DNA of 53,928 bases, taken from IMG/VR virus record IMGVR_UViG_3300045996_002424, positions 1 to 53,928 of that record; one strand, written 5' to 3'. The first letter of the stretch is position 1, and every line of letters starts with the position of its first letter. Of the stretch, positions 1-9,514 are shown piece after piece. The notes under the pieces are model-generated. The model worked only from the letters and a program-made list of their open reading frames with translations, made no database searches and was not told the DNA's origin. This DNA is from a virus (taxonomy: Duplodnaviria; Caudoviricetes). Both the position numbers and the translations under genes were made by a program.

Positions 1-138
1 TCAGGGCCGGAACGACCGCGCCCCACGGCGCCGGCAAAGCCGCGGCCAGCCCCTCGACCGAAACCGAAGCCGAGCAGGCCATAGGGGCCGATAGGGAGAG
101 TATGTGAGCTGATTTTTCGTAACCGGGTCATTTCTTGT

Positions 139-414
139 GTGGAGGTTGTGGTGGTGAGTGCGCCGCCTTTGGCGTTTGAGATTATGGCGAATGCGCCGGT
201 GTATGGGGTGGAGGATCGCCGAACGCTGCGGCTGTTGGTCGAGCAGGCTCGTGATGAGGCGGGGAGGATTCTGGTGAGGCAGGCGAAGGGCGACCGGTTG
301 TCGCGCGCATCTGGCGGTGTGCAGGATGCGGTGGTAGCTGCCGTGGTGGGGGCGATGACGTTGAAGGAGCGGATGCGGTGGCTGAATGAGCGGCAGCCTT
401 TGCGCAGGAGGTGA
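139..414 (+). CDS. Hypothetical protein
   Basis: ORF with plausible composition; no recognised motif. Confidence 0.45.
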   Translation: MEVVVVSAPPLAFEIMANAPVYGVEDRRTLRLLVEQARDEAGRILVRQAKGDRLSRASGGVQDAVVAAVVGAMTLKERMRWLNERQPLRRR

Positions 415-711
415 GGGGTGTTCACGTTGACGTTGGACCTATCGCAGGAGGAGCACGATTTCTTGCTGGAGGTGCTGCATCAGGCGTCGCGGAACCGGAA
501 GCGGTCGCCGGTGTGGCGGGCGACGGCGAAGCGCATCGTGGAGCAGGTCGACGGCTACGACCAAGCGGTGGTTGAGGACGAACAGGGGAGGTGAGCAAAT
601 GGGAGCGTGGGTGCTTCTTTTTCCCGCGCTGGGAATTGTCGTGGCGCTTGCCGCGATCTACGTCGGCGTGAACCCGCCGAAGCGATTCAAGAATCCGAGA
701 GGCAGGTCGGG

Positions 712-984
712 ATGCCAAAGAACGGAAAGGGGGAAGCTGTGACGGTTTACGTACTGCTGACCGATAACGACGACGGGTACGCGCTCGTCGCGTGCCCGAG
801 TGGAGCCGACGCGACGAGCCTGGCCTCCACGGCCATCTTCAACGACGGCGATGTGTTGGCGTGGCGGGTTCCGGATTCTGCGATCACAGACTGGGAGCGG
901 GTCCGGGAGATTCTCCGGGACGGCGGGGGCATCAATGAGATTGAGGCAGCCGTACTACACGAGGAGCCGCGGCGCGGGTATTAG
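712..984 (+). CDS. Hypothetical protein
   Basis: MPKNGKG...; globular-looking sequence convergent with the minus-strand early operon. Confidence 0.5.
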   Translation: MPKNGKGEAVTVYVLLTDNDDGYALVACPSGADATSLASTAIFNDGDVLAWRVPDSAITDWERVREILRDGGGINEIEAAVLHEEPRRGY

Positions 985-1586
985 CCGGCGGTGGCGTGTT
1001 GGGCGAGGAGGCCGATGGTGTGGTCTTCCTCGCTCCACACCTGTCCGCACGCGCGGCACAGGGCGGTGACGGTGGTGAGGTTGACGCGGATGCTGTCGGG
1101 GGTTTGGCAGTCCGCGTGGGGGCAGGTGACGCCGCGGAGTCGGCGGACGTGTTCCCAGCCGGTCATGACGAGGCACCAGCGACGCCATCGGCGTAGGTCG
1201 CTGATGAGCAGGTGCGCGGTGGGTTCGTCGAAGGACATGGCTTTGGCGGCGAGTTGTCGCAGGTTGGATTCGACTCTCGGCCGGATTTCGAGGCCGATTG
1301 AGGTGCACCAGGTGCGGACGGCGGCGGTGATTTCGTCGTGGGTGGAGAGGGCTTCGATGGCCAGGGGTGGGCGGCTGCCGGGTTTGCCGCCGCCGGGTTG
1401 GCCGTCGGCGGGTGTGGTGGTGGGTGTGACGGCGTTGTGGAGTTGGGCGAGGAGGCCGGGTTGGCGGGTGATGTGGTGGCGGATGCGGCGGTGTCGGCTG
1501 TGGTCCCAGTAGTGGATGGGTTCGCGGTGCAGGTAGGAGTCGGTGAGGGCGTCGGCGTTGTCGCGGATGTCGTCTTGCCACGTCAT
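981..1586 (-). CDS. Phage protein with C-terminal Zn ribbon (possible late-gene regulator)
   Basis: MTWQDDIRD...; CPHADC...CRAC; last gene of the early leftward operon. Confidence 0.6.
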   Translation of the reverse strand: MTWQDDIRDNADALTDSYLHREPIHYWDHSRHRRIRHHITRQPGLLAQLHNAVTPTTTPADGQPGGGKPGSRPPLAIEALSTHDEITAAVRTWCTSIGLEIRPRVESNLRQLAAKAMSFDEPTAHLLISDLRRWRRWCLVMTGWEHVRRLRGVTCPHADCQTPDSIRVNLTTVTALCRACGQVWSEEDHTIGLLAQHATAG

Positions 1587-1711
1587 TCCGGCTCCAGGTG
1601 GTCGAGGAACGTGTCGTAGTCGGCGAACCAGGCGCCGCAGAGGGGACACTGTTCGGCGCCGCATCGGGTGCAGACGTAGTCGTCTGGGGAGTCGGTGACG
1701 TGGCCGGTCAC
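1583..1711 (-). CDS. Small Zn-finger protein
   Basis: CTRC...CPLC...FLDHL; overlaps neighbouring start and stop codons. Confidence 0.4.
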   Translation of the reverse strand: MTGHVTDSPDDYVCTRCGAEQCPLCGAWFADYDTFLDHLEPE

Positions 1712-1926
1712 TGGTGGAGGTGGTCGGCGGTGATGAGGCCGGTGACGGCGCCGATGGCGACGGCGTGGGTGGTGTTGCGGGCGCCGATGGCGTCGCGGAC
1801 GGCTTGCAGGTGGGTGCGGACGGTGTTGCGGGTCATGCCGAGCTGGTGGGCGATGCCGGTGTTGGTGTAGCCGATGGCGGCCAGGCGCAGGCATTCGATC
1901 TGTCGGGGGGTGAGGTCCGTGGTCAT
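1708..1926 (-). CDS. LuxR-family HTH regulator (stand-alone)
   Basis: LTPRQIECLRLAAIGYTNTGIAHQLGMTRNTVRTHL...GARNTTHAV. Confidence 0.85.
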   Translation of the reverse strand: MTTDLTPRQIECLRLAAIGYTNTGIAHQLGMTRNTVRTHLQAVRDAIGARNTTHAVAIGAVTGLITADHLHQ

Positions 1927-2099
1927 CCTGCGTCTCCTTCTTCGTCGTCGACGCTTTCGTCGATGGTGCTGATGCTGTTGTTGACGGCGACGCCATCGAG
2001 GGCGAGGCCGGCGCCGGCTCGGGAGAACACTTCCCACACTTTGACAGCGACGTTTTCGTCGTCGGTGATGACGGCGAGGTTGAGGGAGAACAGGGTCAT
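1923..2099 (-). CDS. Small acidic hypothetical protein
   Basis: MTLFSLNLAV...; ATGA-coupled to neighbours. Confidence 0.5.
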   Translation of the reverse strand: MTLFSLNLAVITDDENVAVKVWEVFSRAGAGLALDGVAVNNSISTIDESVDDEEGDAG

Positions 2100-2452
2100 C
2101 GCTGCTCCGGTGGTAGGTGCCCGGTGAGGCGTAGGACGTCGAGGAATTGTTGGCCGGTCATGGTGACGAACCATTTGCGGGGGTCGGTGGTTCCTCGTCG
2201 TTTGTGCCAGCAGACAGCTATTTGTGCGTGGTCGTTGATGCCTTCGATGGTGGTTTCGTCGATCCAGGCGCCGAGGGCGTCTCTGCGGCAGTTTTTGACT
2301 TCGATGCAGACGCCGATGATTCCGGCGATGTCTCCGCGGTCGAGGGCGCCGTTGAGGGCTCTGCGTTCGGCGTGGGGTGCTCCGTTGGCTTGCAGGAGGG
2401 TGACGATGGCGGTTTCGGCGGCGGTGCCTTTGGTCTTGCTGGGGTTGGCCAT
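2096..2452 (-). CDS. Holliday junction resolvase (PD-(D/E)XK type)
   Basis: SKTKGTAAE...DRGDIAG...IEVKN motif typical of actinophage resolvases. Confidence 0.8.
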   Translation of the reverse strand: MANPSKTKGTAAETAIVTLLQANGAPHAERRALNGALDRGDIAGIIGVCIEVKNCRRDALGAWIDETTIEGINDHAQIAVCWHKRRGTTDPRKWFVTMTGQQFLDVLRLTGHLPPEQR

Positions 2453-2455
2453 GTG

Positions 2456-2689
2456 TTAGGTCTCCAGGCTGTGGAGCCAGCGCAGCAGCCTGATGGCGGT
2501 GTCGTTACTGGCGCTGCCGACGTGGCGTTCGAGGCGGCTGAGGGTGGCGTGGTGGACGCCGATGATGTCGCCGATTTCTCGGAAGGACATGTCGCGCTGC
2601 TTGCGGACCATGCGCAGCAGGGTGCCGAGGTTGGCGAGGACGTCGGCGAGTTCGGCGTAGGTGCTCAGTTCGGTGTCGTTGTTGGTCAT
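2456..2689 (-). CDS. XRE-family HTH protein
   Basis: LRMVRKQRDMSFREIGDIIGVHHATLSRLE. Confidence 0.8.
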   Translation of the reverse strand: MTNNDTELSTYAELADVLANLGTLLRMVRKQRDMSFREIGDIIGVHHATLSRLERHVGSASNDTAIRLLRWLHSLET

Positions 2690-3057
2690 GGCTGGGGCCT
2701 CGGGATCACTCGGTTGAGGATGTCGGTGACTCGGCGGGCTTGTAGGGGGTTGAGGCGGTGTCCGTCGGCGGCGGTTTGGGCGGCGCGGAGGATGGCGACA
2801 ACGTCCGCGGCGTCCAGGTCGAGGAGGTTGGCGAGGTGGGGTGGGACGGCGGCGACGTCGAGGCCGACGGCGTGGGCGTAGGCGAGGATGGTGTCCATGC
2901 GGCTGTAGACGTGGCCTGCTTCGAGGCCGTGGATGGTGCTGCGGGAGACGCGGAGGCGGCGGGCGAGGGTGGGGCCGGATAAGCCGGCGCGGTTGCGGGC
3001 GGTGCGGAGTCGTTCGCGCAGCCGGTTCCAGCTGCGTTCGGTGGCGCGGGCGTTCAC
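2686..3057 (-). CDS. XRE-family HTH protein
   Basis: LRTARNRAGLSGPTLARRLRVSRSTIHGLEAG. Confidence 0.75.
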   Translation of the reverse strand: MNARATERSWNRLRERLRTARNRAGLSGPTLARRLRVSRSTIHGLEAGHVYSRMDTILAYAHAVGLDVAAVPPHLANLLDLDAADVVAILRAAQTAADGHRLNPLQARRVTDILNRVIPRPQP

Positions 3058-3197
3058 GGGGTTCCTCCGGTGCGGAGCAGGGCTGCGAGGCGTGCCTTGG
3101 TGGTGTCGCTGAGCGGTGGGGCGTGCTCGACGAGTTTTCGGATGAGCGTGTCGATCATGGCGGCGTGTTGGGTGGGAGTCACGTCGTCTAGACCTTC

Positions 3198-3551
3198 CTA
3201 GGATGCACGAGGGGGTGTGTCCTTTTTTTCTTGGAGCTTGCGCCGTTCGCGGGGGTCGAGGCCGCCCCACACCCCGTCGGGTTGGCCGGTGCGCAGAGCC
3301 CAGGCGGCGCAGTCGTCGCGGGCGGGGCAGGGGCGGCAGATGCGTTTGGCCTTCTTGTAGGCGGTGACGGTGGGGCCGTCGGGGAAGAAGATCGCGGTGT
3401 CGTCGGGGGAGCAGGCGAGGTCGCTGCGGTGGGCGACCGGGGGCATGTCGCGGTAGTTGAGGGTGCCGTCGAAGCGGGGGGCCCGTGAGGGTTGGTTGGA
3501 GGGCCCAATGGGGCGCCCGATGGGGCGCAGGCCGGTGGGTCGGGGGCTCAT
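3198..3551 (-). CDS. whiB: WhiB-family Fe-S transcription regulator
   Basis: AC...FFP...AKRICRPCPARDDC...GVWGG...ER: four Cys plus the GVWGG turn. Confidence 0.9.
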   Translation of the reverse strand: MSPRPTGLRPIGRPIGPSNQPSRAPRFDGTLNYRDMPPVAHRSDLACSPDDTAIFFPDGPTVTAYKKAKRICRPCPARDDCAAWALRTGQPDGVWGGLDPRERRKLQEKKDTPPRAS

Positions 3552-6145
3552 GCGTTGCCTTCCTCGCTGCGTCGACACTGGTAGTGAGCGTAAGTATTGG
3601 TCGGCCAGGAGCATCGAGGGCATACCTCGTCTAAGTTCCCGACACCCTGGTTTGCGTGGTTCTCTTGGTGTGAACCAGGCGAACCAAGCAGTTGGGAACT
3701 TTTTTCAGTTCCACGCGTAGATGAGGAAAAGTTCCCAACTGCTTGGTGCGCTTGGTTCGCGCCTGGTTTTGGCTGCTCAGGCGGGCTGCCCGGATCTGCC
3801 CCGCCAGGGGCGTCGAGGAGGGTCGGAACGTCTGGTTCTGGTTTCGGCTGGTCGTCGGCGTCGTTGTCGGGGCCGGCCGGGACGAGGCTGTCGGTGAACC
3901 GCAGACCGCGGATGACCGACGGCTTGGCGGGGGGTGGGGAGGCTGCGCGCCACGCCGGCCGGGACAGTCCGGCGGGCAGGGTCTTGGCCTGGATGCGGTC
4001 GGCGTAGACGTAGTCGGGCAGGGCCGAGTGGCCGGTGATGCGCTTCTTGAACTCGGCGTCGCCGAGGGGTTTGCCGCTGTCGGAGCGCCAGGTGCGGAAT
4101 TCTTGGTAGAGCTCGGAGGCGATGACGTAGTAGCCGGGGTCGACGTCGAGGCGTTCGTTGAGGAACCGGAGGATGACGTCGCAGTCCTGCCGCCAGGACC
4201 AGATGGCGGCGTCGACGCTGGGCGGGTTGGGCATGCCGCGCAGGCTGGCGCCGCCGCCGTAGTAGAGGCGGGCGCCGTGCACGAGCCAGGCGAGGATGGC
4301 TTCCTGGACGGCCTTGGTGGTGAGTCGACGCTTGAGGGTGGGGTCGCCGACTCGGTCGTTGGCGGTGTCGAGGGCCTCGCCGTGCTGCTTGAACTTGTAG
4401 GGGAAGCTGATGCGCAGCAGCCGCCGCCAGGTGCCGTGGTCGGTGTCGGTGACGGTGGGGACGTGGTTGGTGTTGAGGAACATCGAGTGGGTGGGCTTCC
4501 AGGAGACGATGTCCTTGTAGAGGTGGCGGCCTTCGATTTCCTGGGCGTCGAGGAGGTCTTTGGCGATCTGGGTGTCGAGGTAGCCGTTCTCGGGAGTTTC
4601 TTCCATGTAGGCGAGGCGGATGCCGCGCAGGGTCATGCGTTCGGGGGTGGCGCCGCCGGTTTGGCGGGTCTTGAGCAGCAGGGTGTTGGGGACTTTGGCG
4701 GCGTAGGTGTTGAGGGTGCGGAAGATGGAGCCGAGCAGGGCGGTCTTGCCGTTGTCGCCGCCGCCGGTGAGCAGGACGAGGCGTTCGGAGGCGTGGCCGG
4801 TGATGGCTTCGCCGAGGACGGTTTGGAACCAGTCGTGGGTGTCGTCGGGTAGCGCGGAGAGGGCGGCTTTCCAGTCCATGCTGGTGGCGGCGGGGTTGTA
4901 GCCGACGGCGGTGATTTTGGTGATGAGCATGGAGGGGTCGTAGGGGGTTTGTTCGCCGGTGCGCAGGTTGATGACGCCGGTGGGGGTGTTGAGGATGTCG
5001 GGGTCGGTGTCGAAGTCGGCGGCGTCGCGCCAGACTCCTTCGATGCCGCGGGCGAGGGCGGTGATGTTGCTGACTTTGGTGCGGGATTGGACGGTGGCCC
5101 AGCCGTCCATTTCGGGGCTGCTGGCGGCGACGGTTTGGCCGGCGGCGACGCGTTCTTTGTGGGTTTCGACGGCGTCGAGGTATTTGCTGAGGACCCATTG
5201 GCGGACGGCTTCGGTGACGATGGGGTCGTCGACGGGTGCCCAGTGGGTGCCGGTTTGGTGGAGCCAGCCGAGGGCGGCGGTGCAGAGGAAGTGGCCTTCC
5301 ATGACTTCGGCTGCGCATAGTTCTGCGAGGCGTACTTCGGTGAATTCGTTGATGCCTTTTTGGGGTTCGGGGCAGGCGCCGGTGCGGTGTTCGATGAGTT
5401 CGTCGAGGGTGCCGCCGGCGTGGAGGTAGTCGTCGACGCCTTTGACGGCGGTGCCGCGGGTTTCGCCGGGGACGACGAGGTACCAGACGCGGGCTGCGCC
5501 TCGGCTTTTGAGGAATCGGCCGAGGCGTTTCATGGCTTGTTGGATTTGTGGTTTTTCGACGGTGTCGGCGTCGAAGCAGATGGTTATTTCGCGGCCTTTG
5601 AGGGCGATGTCTTCCCAGGCGCCGTGGGTGCCGGTGCTGCCGCGCCAGTTCCATACGCCGGCCAGGGCGACGGTGACGACGTCGCGGCTGGTGAGGGCGT
5701 CGGCCTTTTTGATGCCTTCGGTGATCCAGAGGGGTTTGGTGACGTCTTTGATGTAGGGCAGCAGGACGGGGTCGTCGGCGCCGCGGTCGCGGGTCCAGCG
5801 GGGGTGTACGTCGAGGTCGGTGGGCCGGTTCTTGACGCCGACGTACTTCATGGTTTTGCCGTCGGCGGTGCGGACGGCGACGTTGGGCTTCCATTCGTAG
5901 GACACGACGCGGCCGTTGGCGCCCCAGATGGGGGTGAGGCGGCCGGGGAAGTAGCGGTCTTCTTCGGTGGCGAATTTGGGGAAGCCGAGGGATTCGAGTT
6001 CGCGGCGGGGGGCTTGGTCGTTGGCGGTGGGGCGGGTGATGGTGCGGTAGCCGCGTTCGGCGATGACGTCGGGGTGGATGGTGGAGGCGTCGAGTTCGTG
6101 GCGGTGGTGGGGGTAGAGGTGGGTGGTGAGGTAGTCGCTGGTCAT
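3548..6145 (-). CDS. DNA primase-helicase (TOPRIM/DUF3854-like + D5/SF3 helicase)
   Basis: ITEGIKKADA, ICFDAD, KGVDD in the N-terminus; Walker A GGGDNGKT, YMEE, LNTNH, TWRR in the C-terminus. Confidence 0.9.
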   Translation of the reverse strand: MTSDYLTTHLYPHHRHELDASTIHPDVIAERGYRTITRPTANDQAPRRELESLGFPKFATEEDRYFPGRLTPIWGANGRVVSYEWKPNVAVRTADGKTMKYVGVKNRPTDLDVHPRWTRDRGADDPVLLPYIKDVTKPLWITEGIKKADALTSRDVVTVALAGVWNWRGSTGTHGAWEDIALKGREITICFDADTVEKPQIQQAMKRLGRFLKSRGAARVWYLVVPGETRGTAVKGVDDYLHAGGTLDELIEHRTGACPEPQKGINEFTEVRLAELCAAEVMEGHFLCTAALGWLHQTGTHWAPVDDPIVTEAVRQWVLSKYLDAVETHKERVAAGQTVAASSPEMDGWATVQSRTKVSNITALARGIEGVWRDAADFDTDPDILNTPTGVINLRTGEQTPYDPSMLITKITAVGYNPAATSMDWKAALSALPDDTHDWFQTVLGEAITGHASERLVLLTGGGDNGKTALLGSIFRTLNTYAAKVPNTLLLKTRQTGGATPERMTLRGIRLAYMEETPENGYLDTQIAKDLLDAQEIEGRHLYKDIVSWKPTHSMFLNTNHVPTVTDTDHGTWRRLLRISFPYKFKQHGEALDTANDRVGDPTLKRRLTTKAVQEAILAWLVHGARLYYGGGASLRGMPNPPSVDAAIWSWRQDCDVILRFLNERLDVDPGYYVIASELYQEFRTWRSDSGKPLGDAEFKKRITGHSALPDYVYADRIQAKTLPAGLSRPAWRAASPPPAKPSVIRGLRFTDSLVPAGPDNDADDQPKPEPDVPTLLDAPGGADPGSPPEQPKPGANQAHQAVGNFSSSTRGTEKSSQLLGSPGSHQENHANQGVGNLDEVCPRCSWPTNTYAHYQCRRSEEGNA
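3683..3747. repeat. 21-bp perfect inverted repeat, putative replication origin
   Basis: ACCAAGCAGTTGGGAACTTTT (3683-3703) / AAAAGTTCCCAACTGCTTGGT (3727-3747), flanked by short AACCA(A/G)GC-like repeats, at the 3' end of the primase gene. Confidence 0.6.
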
Positions 6146-6375
6146 GCGAGCAGCCAGAAGATGATGGCGGTGATGGCGATGGTGGAGCTGATCCAGCCGG
6201 CGATGAAGTAGAGGGTGGCGCGGTCTTCGCCGGGGTGGGGGATGTGGTGGAAGCGGTGGCTGAAGACGCGGTCGGTGTAGTGGGTGCGTTGGGTGTGGTT
6301 GAGGCCCCAGAAGTCGGCGTCGCCGTCGATGGTGTTGGGGTAGTCGGTGGTGTGGCGGTGCCGTCCGCGGGCCAT
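6142..6375 (-). CDS. Small membrane protein
   Basis: C-terminal hydrophobic helix LYFIAGWISSTIAITAIIFWLLA. Confidence 0.55.
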   Translation of the reverse strand: MARGRHRHTTDYPNTIDGDADFWGLNHTQRTHYTDRVFSHRFHHIPHPGEDRATLYFIAGWISSTIAITAIIFWLLA

Positions 6376-6575
6376 CACTGCTCCTGGCAGGTGTGGGGGA
6401 GGGCGGCGGCGTAGCCGGCCATGGCTTTGTGGGGGGCGTGTTCGTGGGTGTGTTCGAGGTGGCCGGTGAGGCGGAACTGCAGGGCGGTCTGGTTGTTGAT
6501 GAGTAGCCAGTGGCGCAGCGCTTCGCAGGCGTGACAAATGGGGACAACGGTGAGGTCTTGAGTGGTTGCGGGCAT
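6375..6575 (-). CDS. Hypothetical protein
   Basis: MPATTQDL...; CHAC; RBS AAGGA. Confidence 0.5.
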   Translation of the reverse strand: MPATTQDLTVVPICHACEALRHWLLINNQTALQFRLTGHLEHTHEHAPHKAMAGYAAALPHTCQEQ

Positions 6576-6658
6576 GGCGGTATCCTTGGGGGTGACAGGG
6601 GTTCCGGGTTTCGGATCTGAAGAAGAGGCTCTCGTTGGCGCGGGAGCCTTTTCTGTGT

Positions 6659-6844
6659 TCAGGCGGCGGTTCGTTGATGCTCCCGGGGTGGGTTGAGCAT
6701 CGCTTCGAGGTCCGTTTTGCGGATGCGGACGAGCCGGCCGAATTTCTGGTAGGGCAGGGTCCCGTCGTACCTGCGGGCGTCGATGGTCTGTAGGGAGCAG
6801 TTCGCGATCGTGGCTGCTTGCTGGCGGGTGATCCACTCGGTCAT
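6659..6844 (-). CDS. Excisionase-like (HTH_17/MerR) DNA-binding protein
   Basis: WITRQQAATIANCSLQTI...GTLPYQKFGRLVRIRKTDL. Confidence 0.8.
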   Translation of the reverse strand: MTEWITRQQAATIANCSLQTIDARRYDGTLPYQKFGRLVRIRKTDLEAMLNPPREHQRTAA

Positions 6845-7063
6845 GTCCGGAACCTACCATCACTGGATACGTCTCCTCAGCACTTGGCATCACTCGGCAT
6901 GTCTTGATATGTGTCGGGTGTGGGGTGTGACCCGGCGCCCTCTCGACACCACCGGGCCTATGGCGGAGGCGCACCGAGTGGCGGAGCGTGGGCGGCCGGG
7001 TCACACCGGTCCCTGCCGGTCGCAACCCACGGGGCAGGGGCGGGACCGGACCGGCAGGGACGC

Positions 7064-7702
7064 CTAGAAGGGCGGTTCGTCGCTGAACGCGGCCGGGGCG
7101 TACGGGGTGACCACCGGCCGGGCCTGCTGCTGTTGGGGTTTGCGCAGGGCGAACTCGGGGGTCGGCGCCGGCCCGTGCAGCCCGGCCCGGTCCACGATGG
7201 ACGCGGTGTCCGGGTACGCCCCGGCGCCGGCGGCCAGCACGGGGGTCATGTCGGGCTTGCGGCCCTCCCCGGCAGCCGGCGGCCGGTAGGTGAAGGAGTA
7301 CAACTTGGCGTCCTGGCCGCCGCCGGTGGAGGGTTCGGTGCCGGTCCAGGCGCAGGACAGGTGCCCGCCGATGAGCAGCCCGTCACGTCCACCGCCCCCG
7401 GCGACCACGGCTTCCCGCAGGGCGTTCTCCATGCGCTTGCCGCGCACGAACAGCCGCCGCTCGGTGATGCCGTTCTCGTCCTGCTTGCCGGTGTCGATGG
7501 TGATCTCGTACTGCAGCTTCGGGTCGTTGGGCAACCCCGTGCGCAGGTTGACCGGGTGGTTGACGACCTGCTTGTCCTGCCAGTACAGGGGGATGTTGGT
7601 CTTGTACTCGGTGTGCTGAGTGCGGCGGGCGTCGACGATGATCCCGTCGACCTGCTCACCGATGCGGGTGAACCGGGCCCCCGGTGCGCGAGTCTCGAAC
7701 AT
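7064..7702 (-). CDS. Putative single-stranded DNA-binding protein
   Basis: Beta-rich core, flexible tail ending in acidic DEPPF; adjacent to the exonuclease. Confidence 0.6.
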   Translation of the reverse strand: MFETRAPGARFTRIGEQVDGIIVDARRTQHTEYKTNIPLYWQDKQVVNHPVNLRTGLPNDPKLQYEITIDTGKQDENGITERRLFVRGKRMENALREAVVAGGGGRDGLLIGGHLSCAWTGTEPSTGGGQDAKLYSFTYRPPAAGEGRKPDMTPVLAAGAGAYPDTASIVDRAGLHGPAPTPEFALRKPQQQQARPVVTPYAPAAFSDEPPF

Positions 7703-7705
7703 GCG

Positions 7706-7966
7706 TTATTCCTCCCGAGGGTGGTTGCGGACGAGCCGGTCGACGGCGATGGCGAGGAGTTCGGCGAGGCCGACGTGGTCGACCTCGCGGGCGAGGAACG
7801 TCGCGAGGCCCGCGAGGGCCAGTTCCGGGTTGGGCGCCATCTGCGGGTCGGTGGTGATGGCGGCGTAGTGGGTGTCGAGCAGCCCGTCGAGGGCCTCGCT
7901 GAGGGTGGCCTTGATCTGGTCGAAGGTGGCGAGGCTGGCCGCGGTGGGCTTGAAGTCGTCAGTCAT
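7706..7966 (-). CDS. Hypothetical protein
   Basis: MTDDFKPT...; helical, coupled to the exonuclease stop. Confidence 0.55.
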   Translation of the reverse strand: MTDDFKPTAASLATFDQIKATLSEALDGLLDTHYAAITTDPQMAPNPELALAGLATFLAREVDHVGLAELLAIAVDRLVRNHPREE

Positions 7967-8997
7967 GCTGCGGAACCTAGCTGACGCTTGCGGTCGGCGG
8001 CGGCGGCGGTGTGTTCGAGGGTCCATTCCCCGGCGGCCAGGGCGGTGCGCCACACGGTCACCAGCTGCGCCGGGTCCGTCGCTTTCTTGATCTGTTCCAG
8101 AACACGGTCGGTGTCGAGGGCGAGTTGGGTGTGTTGCGGTGGGGTCCACGGCCAGCCCATGCGGCGGGACTTCGCACGTACTTCACGGATGGCGAAGGCC
8201 AGCTTCGCGGCTTCCCACCCTTGTTCGAGGTCAACTTCGTACAGGGTGCAGGTGCCGGACCGCACGGGGATGTGGATGACCATGCCGCGGGTGATGTCGA
8301 GGTCCGGGGGCAGCGCCTCCAGGTCTCCGGTGGTGGGGTTGAGAACGGCGTCGGCGTGGGCGTACTGGGCGAGTTGGATGGCGATGGCGAGCCAGTCGAA
8401 GATGTACTGCTGGCTCTTGAGGTCGCCGACGACGAGGCGCCCGTCGGGCAGGCGCAGCAGCCGGTCGTAGGTGCCAGCGGTCTGCACGGTGGTGTTGACG
8501 ACGATCCGTTCGATGTGCTCGACCGGGCGGGCGATGCGGTGGTGGTCGAGGGTGCGTTCGTAGACGGCGAGGTCGGGCAGCAGGGCGACGGGGACGTCGA
8601 TGTCGGACAGGCGACCGGCGTCGTGGTACTCGGTGACGGTGTGCAGGGCGGTGCCCCACCCGGAGCCCTGGTTGGCGCCGGCGATGTCGGCGGCGGTGTC
8701 GCAGATGGCGTCGAGGGCGGCCTTGAGTTCCTTGGCCTCGCTGCTGTCGGCCAGGATCAGGGCGTCGGTCAGCTGCGGGACGGTGGTCAGCAGGGTGGGG
8801 TCGGCGGCGGCGCCTTGCAGGACCATCCGCCGCTTCCACCGGGTGAGGGCGGTGGTGTCGTCGAGGGTGTGGGCGAGGGTGGTGGCCCGGGTCCAGGGGC
8901 GCATCACCCCGGTGTGGGGGGTGGGCAGCAGGTAGCGGCCGAACCGGTCACGTTCCGGTTCGGGGCGCAGCCCGGGGATCTCCGGTGGCCTATCCAC
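7963..8997 (-). CDS. PD-(D/E)XK exonuclease (RecE/Cas4-like)
   Basis: GTALH...AGTYDR...VGDLKS...QLAQY motifs. Confidence 0.85.
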   Translation of the reverse strand: MDRPPEIPGLRPEPERDRFGRYLLPTPHTGVMRPWTRATTLAHTLDDTTALTRWKRRMVLQGAAADPTLLTTVPQLTDALILADSSEAKELKAALDAICDTAADIAGANQGSGWGTALHTVTEYHDAGRLSDIDVPVALLPDLAVYERTLDHHRIARPVEHIERIVVNTTVQTAGTYDRLLRLPDGRLVVGDLKSQQYIFDWLAIAIQLAQYAHADAVLNPTTGDLEALPPDLDITRGMVIHIPVRSGTCTLYEVDLEQGWEAAKLAFAIREVRAKSRRMGWPWTPPQHTQLALDTDRVLEQIKKATDPAQLVTVWRTALAAGEWTLEHTAAAADRKRQLGSAA

Positions 8998-9322
8998 GGG
9001 TCACCGCCCGCTGGGCGGGGCAGCCTCGCCGGTCGTGGTCGCGTTGTTCGTCGCGGTTACGGGCGGCGGCGGAGCAGTGCAGGCACTGCTGCCAGGCGGT
9101 GAATGGGTCGGTGGATTCGGTGTGGGTTTCCCACTGGTGGGTGGTGGTGGGTTCAGTCATGGGCTGTCCGCCAGAGGCGGTGGTGGCCGGTGAGGGGGCC
9201 GTGGCGGTGTTCGGCGCAGGCTGCCCAGGTGCGGGGGCCCAGGCGCAGCATCTTGCGCCAGAGGGGTTGGTGGGCGGCGACGAGGCGGTAGCGGGGCGCT
9301 TCGTGGCAGGCGTAGCAGGACC

Positions 9323-9514
9323 TCATGCGGCACCTCGGGTGGGGTAGGGGTGCAGCAGGGGGTTGCGGTCGCGGTCGCAGGAGGCGCGGTGGGCCCTAGG
9401 TGGTTGTCCGTCGGTGCGGTAGACGCCGCAGGAGGGGCATTGGTTGTCGGCGCGGCCGTGTTGGGCGGCGTCGATCTGTTGCATGCAGTAGTCGTGGGGG
9501 GTCAGGTCGCTCAT
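9323..9514 (-). CDS. Small Cys/His protein
   Basis: CPSC...HRASC. Confidence 0.45.
   Translation of the reverse strand: MSDLTPHDYCMQQIDAAQHGRADNQCPSCGVYRTDGQPPRAHRASCDRDRNPLLHPYPTRGAA

Noticed and set aside
1-130. Possible cos/packaging region or small terminase start; TCAGGGCCGGAA also occurs at 39802
   Set aside because: No terminal repeat or TerS ORF can be demonstrated inside the window, and a 12-bp match is weak in 70% GC DNA.
3743-5894. Long alternative-frame ORFs (e.g. 3777-5894, 15022-16791, 47629-49962, 50377-51861)
   Set aside because: Arg/Pro/Gly-rich shadow frames of real high-GC genes.
6659-6844. Excisionase as evidence of an integration module
   Set aside because: No integrase or attP seen; such HTH proteins often act as regulators.
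7963-8997. Cas4 implying a CRISPR system
   Set aside because: No Fe-S Cys cluster, array or other cas genes; the context is phage recombination.
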